A DNA stretch of 64,000 nt. It comes from Guillardia theta CCMP2712. Its lineage: Eukaryota > Protista > Cryptophyta. Shown here piece by piece: positions 11,960-23,699 of the stretch. The first letter of the stretch is position 1. Each line of letters begins with the position of its first letter. A program made the position numbers and the translations under genes. The stretch lies in contig NW_005434619.1 of NCBI RefSeq assembly GCF_000315625.1, positions 289,357 to 353,356 on the forward strand. The letters run 5' to 3'. The notes under the pieces are model-generated. The model was given only the letters and a program-made list of their open reading frames with translations, made no database searches and was not told where the DNA came from.

Positions 11960-13606
11960 CTACCTCCCTCCTTCCCATGAATCACCCGCCACCGTTCCAC
12001 GTCGTTGTCTTTTAAAATAAAGTTGTAGAGTATTTACACCATTTCCTATCAAAAAGAGAGGTTTTCACTTCGACAACTAATAGTACTCATCAAGTAGCTC
12101 GGGTAGGCGGCCGCGACGTCCTGCTAATGCGATCAACTAGGGAACACAAACAGAGAACAGGCAACAATGACAAACAATTGAGTCGACCGCTGGGATGTAA
12201 ATTCAAGTGACAAAGTGATTACCTGTATGACGAAAATCGTTGGGTTTGCAATGTTGTCCACTGCACAGTCATATCTCTTGTCATCACATCGCAACGGCAG
12301 AAGGTCCATCTGTCGATGTCCAAGACAGATGCTTCCCACAACAACATCGGCAACAATCAACTTCTTGATCCCATTCAAGCTCTCAGTGTATGTGTCAGAA
12401 TAGTTGGCACGACTGCTGAAATACGAGCCTTTGCCATAGATGTCTCCTGTTCTTGAGCCACTGAGCAAGGGTTTGAAGCCAGCATCCACACCTTGAATGA
12501 TTGAAGGGATGGCAGCATGCTTTGTGCCATGGAACAACTTTCTCACCATAGAGCTTTCGTTCCATTGAGAACCATGCTTCGATTTGATGGACTTTTTGGC
12601 CAGGATGTATCTGTCATGAAGGTATTTGTTCTCAACTCGCATTATGTTCAAGATCCTCCTGAAATTTTGAGGGCAGCTGCTATTGAAAATTTTCACAAGC
12701 TCCTGGAACTCTGAAGAGTCCTCCGCAACTCTGTACAGGAACGATTCGGACTTTTTGCTCCTCTTCGACTTGGTGACCCAATGCCTCCGATCTGTATCCT
12801 CGCTCTCAAGAGCCTTTCTCTTTGCACTCTTTCGCGGTGGCGCGACTCTCCGAATCTTTCGACGATAGCCCGTGTCCACATTGATCTAACGGAATGTCAG
12901 ATCTGTTTGAGCTCGCAGTGACTCCGACAAAGGGACAAGAGTACCTGCTCCAAGGAGGATAAATCGAACTGATATGTGTTGAAAGTTTGGACGCGAGGGT
13001 TCTCAAAGCACGTCTGCAGGGTAGATTGTCCGGAGCTAAAGGCTCTTTCGAGATCTCGAATGATCGAGGGATCCATCCGCTCCCATTCATCTCCATACAA
13101 GCTGCCAAGCACATCTGCATTACAGAAGTCGTGGCAAGGAAACACAAGTAATGTTCTCACTTAAACTCCCAGTAAGCCTCGTTGCTTGCTTGCTTCCTTG
13201 TGCAGTCATTGTCAGTTGGAGTTTTCCTTTTTTTCTTAATATTGGAACTCAAAGTAGGATTTGCTGATGTATGTGAAAACGACAGGTCCACGCCAGAGTC
13301 GTAGTTGCACGAGACGGAATGAGTGCTTTGTAGTGACGAGCTGTTTGTACCCATGAACGCTTCGGAGAACGATGATGACGATCCGATTTTGCTCTTCCTG
13401 GTCTTCTTGGTCTTCTTGGTCTTGGTTTCTTTTGAGCTCTTCCGCCTTTTAGTTTTCTTGAAACTATTGGAGGAGGCTGTGAGTGCGTTCGCAATGGTGT
13501 AAGCTCCAGCTGCTAGGAGTGATACAGCAAAGATGGCTTTGAAGACCATGCACAGACTGATTAGACTGTGTCGTCCTAGAGAAGAGTATCCTGTAAACAT
13601 ACTCAT
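11960..13606 (-). CDS. WWE + PARP catalytic domain protein (mono-ADP-ribosyltransferase type)
   Basis: WWE: YWEFK|..WERMDPSIIRDLERAF..YQFDLSSLEQ|INVDTGYRRKIRR; ART: LFHGT, YGKGSYFS, YSDTY, YDCAVDNIANPTIFVIQ|DVAAAYPSYL; hydrophobic N-terminal segment. End uncertain (11960 or 12077). Confidence 0.85.
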
Positions 13607-14539
13607 CAATCAAAGCTTCTACCTCGACCAACAGGTATCTACACCAAAATGTGGACTACATTCTCTGTTTCTTCCTTTGTTTCTTCCTGTTCTCTTCCTT
13701 GATGATTCAATGTGACTAAGCTGAACTGATCTCAATACGATTGTCAATCTCTACTTTCTAGGTCCAAAGAATGCCTGTAATCATTCCTGCTTCATGTCAG
13801 AACTTTGTGCTCTGAACTTCGCCGCCTGTCCTGCCCAGCCATTTCCTAGCTCGAAACACCCACCCCTCCCTGGCCCTCCGGGATCACCTCCGAGAGTCCT
13901 GTGATCACCCCTGCTAGACTCTGTACAAACACCCCTGCTTTGGCCAAACTCTCCTACCCCCACCACCTTATGACCCCCTTCTAACACGCCGCTGAAGGGA
14001 GTGAAACCGCGAAAGATGTTGAACCATTTTGACTGCCCTACTTGCACCTCAGTTGCACCTGCCGTGACCCGGCAGACTCGCCGGGCCCGGGCCCGACTTT
14101 GCCAGGGGTAATGGCGGTGCTGACAGAGGGAGCGAAGGGAGCACAGGGAGCAGATTGAGAGAGGAGGAAGCGGGTGGAAGAAAGGAGAGAAGCGAGAGAA
14201 GCGAGGAGTGGTGCAGGAGGAGAAGGTCTTTTGAGGATCACATGTCAGATTGCCATTCACGGGATGCGTCCCAACTAGTTTGGTGCGAGAGGACAGTTCA
14301 CGGGGGGATGAATAGTTGCGAAATCCTTTGCAAGATCGATCTTTTTTTCTTCTTCTTGCATGCTTTGTGTGTACCTTGATTGCAATGTGAGTTCAAAAAT
14401 GAGATGAGGTGATCACACACCCATCATCACAACATCTTTTCGCTGACTGAGGAAACAAATCCTCCACTCTCTTTGATTCGGAATCTTTTGCCAATTTACC
14501 ATTAAACGGATTTTATTTATCTCACAATTTCTACTCAGG

Positions 14540-15778
14540 ATGTTATCACGACTGCACATGATAAACTCAAGGCCATTCTTGTGCTTCAAGCAAGGTTGGG
14601 TCAGTAGAGCCACCTCGTTTCAAAGAAGCTGCCAACATACCGCTGGCGTTCTACGAAGCATTGTGATCAAACTGATGTGCATTCCTCTAACAACACAAAC
14701 CAACGCTCGTTTCTCAAGTACGCCTTATCAGCGACATCAGCAGCCGTCCTGGCGTCCATGATGCTGCAGAACTCTGAAGAGCGACGAACCAGGAACGAGG
14801 CGATGGAGCAGCCGAAGCTCGTAGCCGAGCTGGTGACGGGGATGAAGTTCCCGCTGACCATGGAGATGCCTCCATTCCAGGTCACGTCTTACCAAGGCCA
14901 CCGTCCTGGTTATGTCTACAAGATGGGGCCTAAAGGGGTGGGGTACTACCCCGATGCCTACAGAGGAGGGAACAAGTACGTCCACGCGGAGACGGAGGCG
15001 AAGCAGCAGCACCTGATAGGCATCGGAATGCGATGCATGCTCCAGAAGTGCGAGTTTGCCTTGGCTCAGGCGTATGCGATCGGGCTGTATATCGACGAGA
15101 GCTTCGTGGAGGATGAGAGTTTGGCCCAGGGAAGGCACCTCGACGCAAGGCCGCTAGAGGACCCGCGGGTTCGCAAGACGCTCAGGCTGGTGATGGCGAG
15201 AGAAGTGAAGGGCCCGCACATCGCCAAAGGGTTCGACCGGACTCTCATCAACGTCCTCCGCAGGATGACAAACTCGAAGAAGAGCCCAGGGAAGGACGCT
15301 CTCAAGAAGTTTACCAGCATTTTCTCCAGCTGCGGGACTTTGCAGCAGAACGATGACGTCATGCTGTACATGCCGGGAGACGGATCGCTCACTATCTTCA
15401 TCAAAGGGGTAAGGAGCTTGCCTTCATACAGTCTCTTGCACGATACTGAATGCTCTCTTCTCCCCCCCTTTGGCCTCCCCTGTGCTTTTTTTTCTGTTTG
15501 TGCCTTGTGGTTTGCTTCTCTTGTCCTCCTTCCTCCCTGCCCCACCCCAGGAGTCTCGTGGAAGGATAGACTCGCAGTTGCTCTGCGACGCGGTGACGGA
15601 GATGTACATCGGCAGCAAGCCAGTCGGGCCACTGATCCGCAGCAACTTCCTAGCAGGGTGAGCAGACCATTTTGTCGCCTGCTGCTGCCGCTGATTGTTT
15701 TTGTGAAGATACGCACTGGCAGCCAAAGACGGCCTAACAAACGTCCAGCAGCCCCCGGGCTCTGTCCCATGTCATTGA
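14540..15778 (+). CDS. Chalcone-isomerase-fold (CHI/FAP/Aim18-like) protein
   Basis: ELVTGMKFP, LIGIGMR, YAIGLYID, KTLRLVMAREV, GDGSLTIFIKG|ESRGRIDSQLLCDAVTEMYIGSKPVGPLIRSNFLAG; start uncertain. Confidence 0.75.
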
Positions 15779-15879
15779 AGCTCAAGGAAGCATGTTTGTT
15801 GTGTAATCTCCTGTTCCTTCTGCCCTCATATTCTAAGGTACAAGACATTGTAATAGATGTACCAGACAACAGCTGTCAG

Positions 15880-17267
15880 CTGCGGAAGAAGAGTCACACA
15901 AAAGAACTTTCACGCTCGTTCGCTCACCACAAAGGAAGAGCTCTGAGAAAGGTCATAGGCCATGATGAGTTGGAACAGGAAAGGAGAAATTCCGAGGCCT
16001 TGCAATCAAACATCTTCTCAGGTTCGTTCCAAAAGTATTCTACCTACCCAGTGCAGATGTAGTGAACACACGGGAGAAAGTCGGTTTGAACTCTGTCTTG
16101 ATGAAAAGACTCTGAAAGGAGACAGTGCCATCAAAGACAAGCAGCCCCACGAAAAACATCTCGTTTACCATTGACGTGTGAAATCCATACTGCACTGGTA
16201 TGGAGATGATATATGCAGTGATAACTGAAAGAAGCTTTGAAGCTGTCGACTGCTCAAGATCGAGTAAGAATTATCCATTTAATTCTTCCAGCACTCACCG
16301 GCAGAATCACCTTTAGCATCGTTTCAAAGACTCTGTACATGGAAAAGTACACAAGATACCCAAGGAACCTGTCCTTACAACGATCAAGACCAGGATCCAA
16401 CTCAAGTACATGAGCAAAACTTCACCCGGAAAATTGGAAAGCTGGCAAATTCCTCAGCTCAACGCACTGACGAGGATGTTTTGTTCGAAAAGGTCCCAAT
16501 ATAAGATCAAGAGGATGTGTCCCATGGCTCCGAGGAGGACCGTCCCCCCTCTCGTCTTCCTTTGATTCCAATGTCACTCCCTCCTTCTCCCCGAGCCTCA
16601 CGGGAATATCTCCACCTCCCTCCCGCTGCCTAAGGACGAGAGGAGTCTCCTCCTCCTGCGTGTCGACAGACAGTCGTTCTGTCTTCAAGTCATGATCCTC
16701 TCCCGCTTCATCACCGGTTCCACTAAAACCCGCAGCCGGGCACTGGTCCTCCGTTCTTTTGTCCGACGTCTCGTCTCGAAGCCTCAATACTTCATCCTCT
16801 GGTTCCATCACAGTCTTCTCAGGTGGGACCTCCTGCTCTCGCCCATCATCTGTTCCCATGTCCCCTGCCTTTGCGTGCATTTCATCCACTGCCGCCTTGT
16901 GCTCCTGAGCGTTTGTATTGTTGGGAGAGTGTGTTTCACTCTCAACAGCCTCATTGGTTTCATTTTCCGACTTGGTCGCGTCGATAATTTCTTGTTCAGA
17001 TTCAGAAGGGTTGTCAAAGAATGTAGAGGAGCGGTTCAACGAATAATCGAGTTTGGATACGTTGACAACATGCACTTCATTCTCCTTTGAACCCCCTCTC
17101 AGTTTCAGAGCCACTAGGAGCATCTTGCTTTGAATCTTGATCCCGTGATCATCTTCTTGCCCTTTTTCAGCATCATCAGCAGGATTATCAGAATCTTCAG
17201 CTGTGGTGGGCAGAAAGAGCGACATCGTAATTATACCAACAAGTATCCAACACATTAAACGCGTCAT
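15880..17267 (-). CDS. Signal-peptide protein with LRGG motif, acidic linker and C-terminal GtrA-like membrane domain
   Basis: Signal MTRLMCWILVGIITMSLFLPTTA; VALKLRGG; downstream exons FLGYLVYFSMYRVFETMLKVILP and SKLLSVITAYIISIPVQYGFHTSM resemble GtrA helices. 3' end approximate. Confidence 0.5.
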
Positions 17268-17552
17268 CCTATCCGATCCACCGGCTTACCCCTTCCTTCC
17301 TGTCCTCCTCCTCCTCGCTCACTTCCTCAACTGCCGGATGTCTTCAGCTGATCTTCATATCCTGCATACCGACTGCCTCCTGCTCCCCCTCCCATTGCGC
17401 CCTCCCTCGCTCCATGCGCTACCCAACACAATGTTTTGATTGTTTTACTCAAAATTATGACAGAGGTTGCCTCAGAGCTTGTGCACCGGTGATTTTTACC
17501 ATGATACCGGGGGAGGGCGAGGGGGTAGGGTAAAACACCTAAAGCGGCGTGT

Positions 17553-18683
17553 ATGATTTCTAGCGTGTGCGTCATGCAGAGCTACACTGGCTGCGCTCTC
17601 GTCCTCGTCCTCCAACTCTCGCTTCTCTCTCCTTCCCTCTCCTTCTCACCTTCCTATCCGTCTCTCCTCTCGTCTGCTCCTCGCTCGTCTCAGTCGCTTC
17701 ATCTGTCTGGGTCGTCTGTGCAAGGACTATGTGCAGGCAAATCGTCGAACCCTCGTTGGAGCATGCAGCAAGGAGACGTTCAGAAGACTATCGACGTCTT
17801 CACTTCCTATCTTTCTTCACTTGCTCGACCCACCAGCGGGTCGTTTGTGATCGGATACAAGGCTCAGCCCGACCTTGACTACAAGAACCCGACCATGGAG
17901 CTGCCAGTGCGGGAGTTCAGCGAGACTTTACCGTCGGTCAAACCAAAGAAGCCCCTGGAGCTGTATGAGTTTGAGGCATGCCCTTTCTGTCGCAAGGTCC
18001 GCGAAGTCATCAGCATGCTGGATCTCGATGTCATGATCTACCCCTGCCCACGTGATGGAGACAGGTTTCGGCCCCAGGTCGTCGAGATGGGAGGAAAAGC
18101 TCAGTTCCCGTACCTGGTGGATCCAAACACAGATTTCAAGTCTTACGAGAGCGACAAGATCATCAAGTACCTTGTACAGACATACGGAGACGGCATTATC
18201 CCCTTGCCCCTGTCCCTGGGCCCCCTCACTACCGCCTCTGCGTCGATCCCTTCGCTCTTGCGCAACGGCAGAGGGAGGCAAGCGGAGAAGAGCCTAGCTC
18301 CCCAGCCAGAGCTTCCCCTGCGCTTGTGGTCCTTTGAGTCAAGTCCATACTGCCGCATTGTGCGAGAGAGACTTTGCGAGCTGCAGATCCCCTACCAGTT
18401 GTTCACCGTGGCGAGAGGCTCGCGCAAGCGGGAGGAGCTGAAGGAGATCGCAGGGAAGGTGCAGGTGCCGTATCTTGTGGACCCCAACACGGGCAAGTCC
18501 ATGTTTGAAAGCTCATCCATCCTCGACTATTTGAATGACACGTATGGCAAAGGCTACAGCCCCAAGGTGGAGGACAAGGTGGAGGAAGTTTCGCCAAGGG
18601 CAGTTGAGTTCAATGTGGTGCCTGAGGATCCCGAACCTGTCAAGGTCGATGCTGAGGTCCTTGAAGATTCGGAGGATATCTGA
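17553..18683 (+). CDS. Tandem GST-N/glutaredoxin-like (2xGST_N) protein, probably plastid-targeted
   Basis: LYEFEACPFCRKVRE..GGKAQFPYLVDPNT..YESDKIIKYL and WSFESSPYCRIVRE..GKVQVPYLVDPNTG..FESSSILDYL; leader ..SLS-FSP plus Ser-rich transit peptide; intronless. Confidence 0.9.
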   Translation: MISSVCVMQSYTGCALVLVLQLSLLSPSLSFSPSYPSLLSSAPRSSQSLHLSGSSVQGLCAGKSSNPRWSMQQGDVQKTIDVFTSYLSSLARPTSGSFVIGYKAQPDLDYKNPTMELPVREFSETLPSVKPKKPLELYEFEACPFCRKVREVISMLDLDVMIYPCPRDGDRFRPQVVEMGGKAQFPYLVDPNTDFKSYESDKIIKYLVQTYGDGIIPLPLSLGPLTTASASIPSLLRNGRGRQAEKSLAPQPELPLRLWSFESSPYCRIVRERLCELQIPYQLFTVARGSRKREELKEIAGKVQVPYLVDPNTGKSMFESSSILDYLNDTYGKGYSPKVEDKVEEVSPRAVEFNVVPEDPEPVKVDAEVLEDSEDI

Positions 18684-18789
18684 ATGTAGGGCCTGTTGTA
18701 GAGTACAGTGGATGCTAACTTAGATGGCTCGGTAATCATATGTTCAGAGTGAAGTTACATACATGGTGGAGGTACCAGATATGTCTTCA

Positions 18790-19780
18790 TAAACCAGAAG
18801 TTATCTTTCCTTCTCCCCCCGGCTTCCCTCAACAAGAGTGTTTTGATTGGGTGATCATGGAGCATACCACATGTTTTGTCTCCATGAAAGTGTCAGCAGC
18901 GAAAAAGACACTCTTCAATACAATCAGGTTTGAGATTTCTGCAAGCGCCCATGGTATTTCTCAAGTTGAGCATGCTGTGGGTTTGGATGAACAAATGCCA
19001 GAGCTGCCATCAAGTAAGTTACACAGAAGAAAAGTTCTATGACAGATCATGGCCAGTCTTGACGAGAGGAGAGAACTTCTTTTCTTCATGCGCAGAAGAA
19101 TGTTGTTCTCGCTCCTTCGTATCATGCCTCTAGTTTCGACACCACTCACAAGTGTGATCCCCGCATTCGAGAGGTAATCGGAGAATTTCAGGATGATGCA
19201 TTCACCATGACTCAAATCTCCCTTCATGGAAGAAATTCTAACTCAAATTGCTTTAGTATTTGATCAGAAGTGACCTTACTCGAGAACTGAGACCTCTGGT
19301 ATACTTCATCAGCGTTATACCTGTCACAGTGCTTCCCCCATTTGTGTGAATACGAAAGCGTTCATGTTGGTGCATAAAGCGTGCTTTCGGGTAACTCTTG
19401 CTGCTCCTCCATTCCCTTCTTCAACCCTCCCTGGTCTGCTCATTCCCTTTCATTATTGTCTCCTTCTCCTTCCCTTCCAATCCACTATAATCCAGTCTCC
19501 TCGTCTTCTCAAACGCATACGACCGTGTACGGCCGAGTTCCCGGGAAGCTTGAAACACCAAATACTCGCATCATGCTGCCAACTGGAGTATCGGCCGACC
19601 AGGCCCGATTCATCCCCTCTCGCTTGCTTATCATCCAACTCAACGAACGTCTCGTTTCCTCCTCCGATCTGCATCTTTGTTAGGCTCCATTTTGCTTTCC
19701 TGCGCACAGTGTACATGTGCGGTTTCAAAGTTTGATTACTCGTTATCAAACCGTTACGTGATAAGAAGGCTAAAGCCATG
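18790..19780 (-). CDS. Possible multi-exon hypothetical protein
   Basis: Short minus-strand ORFs flanked by plausible splice sites; no recognised motif. Confidence 0.25.
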
Positions 19781-20174
19781 TGTAAAAGGCTCATTATTCG
19801 TCGCAACCTGTTCCTGACCACCGGTCCTCCTAAGGTACCCCATCCAACTCATGAAGCCATTGGGCTATAACCCCTCCTTGCTCACACAACCGGTCTGCTT
19901 TTGCAGCACCTCCACCCCCCCTTCCCCCTCCCCCCCCTCCGCCCCTCCCCCCCCTCCTTTTCGACCCCCATTGGTTTGATATTACATCAGTGATATCCCA
20001 ACCGTCAAATCCATGCAAACCACCCCCCTAAGTTATTATTGCAAAAGTACCAATGACCCACCCCCCACCAGCGACATCAATAGTACTACCCCCCAGACTA
20101 TCCTCCCCACCCCTTTGACTTTCCTCTCTAGTCCCCTTGTTGACCCGCACGCTCCAAGAAACCAGCCGCTGAGC

Positions 20175-21209
20175 ATGGCCGCTCCGGATGAGGAGCAGAG
20201 GAAGAGGATGGTGCGGGGAATGCAGGCGATGGGATCATGGAATTCATTTTCCAGCGAAGAGGATGACGATGAGCGCAGGAATTCAGGTCTTTGGGCTGGT
20301 GGGATTTATTGTGAGAACGGCCTGCAACAGAGCCTGGCCATGCACCAACAATCTATGCAAGGTGGGTTTGGGTTTGGTGGGGCATCGGGTTCACAACAAA
20401 CCATTGGAACGTCAAATACCGCAAATGGTCTTGCACCAAATTTCGCTGGTGGACAGAATGGTGAAGGATCATTGAACTTCGATTACAACCCTGCAGATGC
20501 CAGTAGCGGGGAAGAGGATGTAAAAATACTTGCCAGGCAATTCCAGAGCACGGGGCCTTTCGGAACACACAACAGCGAGGACGAAGATATCACAGGATTT
20601 GGCATGCGGGCGCCGAATGCGCCAGGGTCCAACTCTGGAGTAATGCTGCAGGGGCCGATGTCCCCAGAAGGTATTCCATATTTGTTCCCAGAAGGTGAAA
20701 GCAAGTTCAACGTTGCGAACCCACAACACATGTCGATGGATGATGCGCTTCCTTATGTCATGTGTTTTCCAGAGGACGTGGAGTCGTTCGTTTCCAGTGA
20801 GGATTCTTCCTACTTCAACAGCGATGAAGAACAGCCGCAGACAGAAAAGAGAGTCAGGCAGGCTTGTCAGGCTTGCAAGCAAAAGAAAGCAAAGTGTGAC
20901 GACGATACCCCATGTGCTCGTTGCATCGCAGATCACCAGGAGTGTGTCAGGGAGGTGAACTTGCCATACAGGCGCATGAGGCAGAAACGAAGGGAGCAGA
21001 CGAAGCTGGCATGCAAGCCTTGCCGAAGGCGAAAGCTCAAATGCGAGGAGAATCGACCTTGCTGGAGGTGCTTGAGAGACGGCCAGGAGTGCATTGACGA
21101 CAAGAGGAATCGAGACAAGAAGAGTGGCTCATCAGATGAGAGTGTGGAAGGTAGTAGCCATGAAGCCGCTTCTCCTCATGCGATTCCTGGCCTACAGATT
21201 GAGGATTGA
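20175..21209 (+). CDS. Transcription factor with two tandem Zn(II)2Cys6 (GAL4-type) clusters
   Basis: ACQACKQKKAKCDDDTPCARCIADHQEC and ACKPCRRRKLKCEENRPCWRCLRDGQEC (CX2CX6CX5CX2CX6C); acidic/Ser-rich N-terminus. Confidence 0.9.
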   Translation: MAAPDEEQRKRMVRGMQAMGSWNSFSSEEDDDERRNSGLWAGGIYCENGLQQSLAMHQQSMQGGFGFGGASGSQQTIGTSNTANGLAPNFAGGQNGEGSLNFDYNPADASSGEEDVKILARQFQSTGPFGTHNSEDEDITGFGMRAPNAPGSNSGVMLQGPMSPEGIPYLFPEGESKFNVANPQHMSMDDALPYVMCFPEDVESFVSSEDSSYFNSDEEQPQTEKRVRQACQACKQKKAKCDDDTPCARCIADHQECVREVNLPYRRMRQKRREQTKLACKPCRRRKLKCEENRPCWRCLRDGQECIDDKRNRDKKSGSSDESVEGSSHEAASPHAIPGLQIED

Positions 21210-22302
21210 TCTGTACAGATGTGTGAATAAGATATTGGGGAATGTCCTTGAAACAATCTAGCACAGCACTGCGGCATGATATCTCCATGGACCAAGGACT
21301 TCAGATCAAATGTGCCAACAGACCGTCAAACAGGCACCAAACCTCCAAGTTCTGAGGTGATGGCAGAGAGCCTCGCAGTCAGAATACGGTCTGAGGCTGC
21401 GAGCTGGGGCGGATCAGAACGATCGCCGAGCATGGATCCCGCTCGCCGTTTGAAGCATACTGAACTAAGGCTAGTAAAATCCGATGGTCCGTAATGAAAC
21501 ACCGGCAACTTAAACGGCGGTGATTCAATGTGAAGTCACTCCAGTGGTGTTGACGCCGCCGTCCGGTGGGGGCAGCCTCTGATCGCTTAATGATGTATCG
21601 CATGCCAGCCGTGACGGTGCCATGCACTGTCCGAACGGAAGTTGCTAAGGTCCTCTCATAACCGTGTTCAATGATGATGATCGCGGCCGAGGGTTTCACC
21701 GTATCCTTGTTTCGTGTGACCTCGCAGCTCAGCTCAGTCAAGTCGACACGGCAAAGTTTGAGTTCCTGTGTCCACTGATGCAATTGCGGAAGTTCCGTTC
21801 AGAATCCCCTCCGGTCAGTGATGCTCTTCAGGGCCGGGCCCCCGGCCGCCCCGGCTTGACTCGAGGGCCTTGAGTCGGCCGACTCCCGGGCCCGGGACCC
21901 GACTCCAAATCCTGGATCCGATCCGCCCCAGGGTCCCCATGCAGAGCCATGGAGATGCGGGTGCGGTTTCAGTGAGAGCCGGCCATGCAGATAAAGATGG
22001 GCCGACGAATGAAGCGAGCAGTAACAGAGATGGCAGAGATGACTATGCAGAACGATCGATGATGCTGTGCATGTTTGTATTGCCATGATCGCTGTGCTGA
22101 ATCTGAATACGATGAGGGGCGGAGGGATGTGTCCGGATTCTAGCAACGACATGACAACAGCCGGTATGACTTGATCGGCACATCGACCAACAAGATCTCA
22201 TTGACAAGACAAGAGGATCTTATCGTGAAAAGATGAGAGGGCCTTGGAGTAGAGAACGCAAAACACAAAGATGATACCACCCGGTAGCAGCTGCAAGGAA
22301 CA

Positions 22303-23638
22303 ATGATTCGAACACTCTCAAGGCCCATGAGCTGTTTACCCCTCCTCCTCCTCCTCGCAGCCTGCTGGAAAGATTCGCTAGGAGCAGCGCACTTCCAGGA
22401 CTTCGAAGGGTTGATCATGACGGCCGGAGGTTTCAACGGCAAAATGTTCATCTCCTCAGCCGAGTCGTACCTGCCCGCAGCTCAAAAGTGGCGCGAGGAA
22501 CCCAGCATGAAGGTTGCCAGGGGCCACAGCGCGAGCTGTATGTTCAAGGGGAAGATGTGGGTGCTGGGAGGATGGAACCCGTACGAGTCCACTGGAGCCG
22601 AGACCATGGACTCAAGGGCGCTGCAGTCGATCGAGATCTTTGACACAATGAGGAACATATGGATCAACGGGCCAGACATGATATCGAGGAGAGCCTTCCA
22701 CAAGGTTCAGGAAGTCTACTTGTTGTCTTTGTGACGATGTAATGACATGGGACGTCTTGTTGACAGTCTGTAGCCCTCAACGGGAACATCTTCGTGCTGG
22801 GAGGGTTCGACGGCCACAAGGATCTCGATCTCGTCGATCGCCTTGACATCGAGAAGGAGTTGTGGGTGCGAGGAAGCAGCTTCCGCACTCCTCGCAGCGC
22901 TCTCTCTGCTGGCGTCATCCGCAATCGGATCTTTGTGCGATCCTCTCCTCTCTCTCCCTGCTCGTTGACCCTCGGGTTTCAGATCCTTGGAGGACAGAAC
23001 GGCCTTGACACTTTCTGCACTGTGGAGAGCATGGATCCGAGGGAAGGGAAGTGGCAGCAAGAGCCCGACATGCTCTACCATCGTGCGTATGCGGCATCTA
23101 CGTTTGGAGGAGACTGCATCTTCGTCGCAGGTTGTCAAGATGTTGGGTTCAACCAACCTGACGTGTATTGGTTTGTGTCAGGAGGAAATTTTGCCATGCA
23201 GTTTTTGAACACAGTGGAGATGTTTGATGCGCGCAAGTCGATGTGGAGGATGCTGCCATCGATGAATGTTCCTGTATGCGATTTTGAGGCGTTGAGGTGA
23301 GATACTCTGACCTGATCTGCAGAGAAACGGGGCCGGGTTGGCTCTAGTCGGGGATTCACTGTACGCTCTTGGAGGCTTCGACGGTGCGGCACTTCCCTTG
23401 CCTTGCCCGATGGAGCTGAGAGATGCCAACAGGCAGAGCTGAGAACCTCAAAGTAGTGGAGAAGCTGGACATGACCAAGGATCTTCGGAAGCAGGAGTGG
23501 GAGGTGGGTGGTGGGGGAGGGGGGAGGGTCTCCTGACGTGCCCGTCTGCCTGCCCAGGTCTGTGAGGAGATGCTTCATTCCCGAGACGGGAGTGCGGTAG
23601 AGGTCGTGACCTCTGTCACGGAATGCTGGAAACAATGA
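22303..23638 (+). CDS. Kelch-repeat protein with N-terminal signal peptide
   Basis: Repeated GG..W..M.R units (TAGGFNG, VLGGWN, VLGGFDG, ILGGQNG, YALGGFDG); hydrophobic leader LPLLLLLAACW. Confidence 0.85.
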
Positions 23639-23699
23639 AGATGTAATTTGAATGTGTTTTTTTCTTTCAAGTCAATGATTAAGATGTAACGATGCCAAC

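Noticed and set aside
14677-16062. 461-aa ORF as a single protein
   Set aside because: After ~15408 it reads through introns and the 3' region; the CHI domain continues in another frame.
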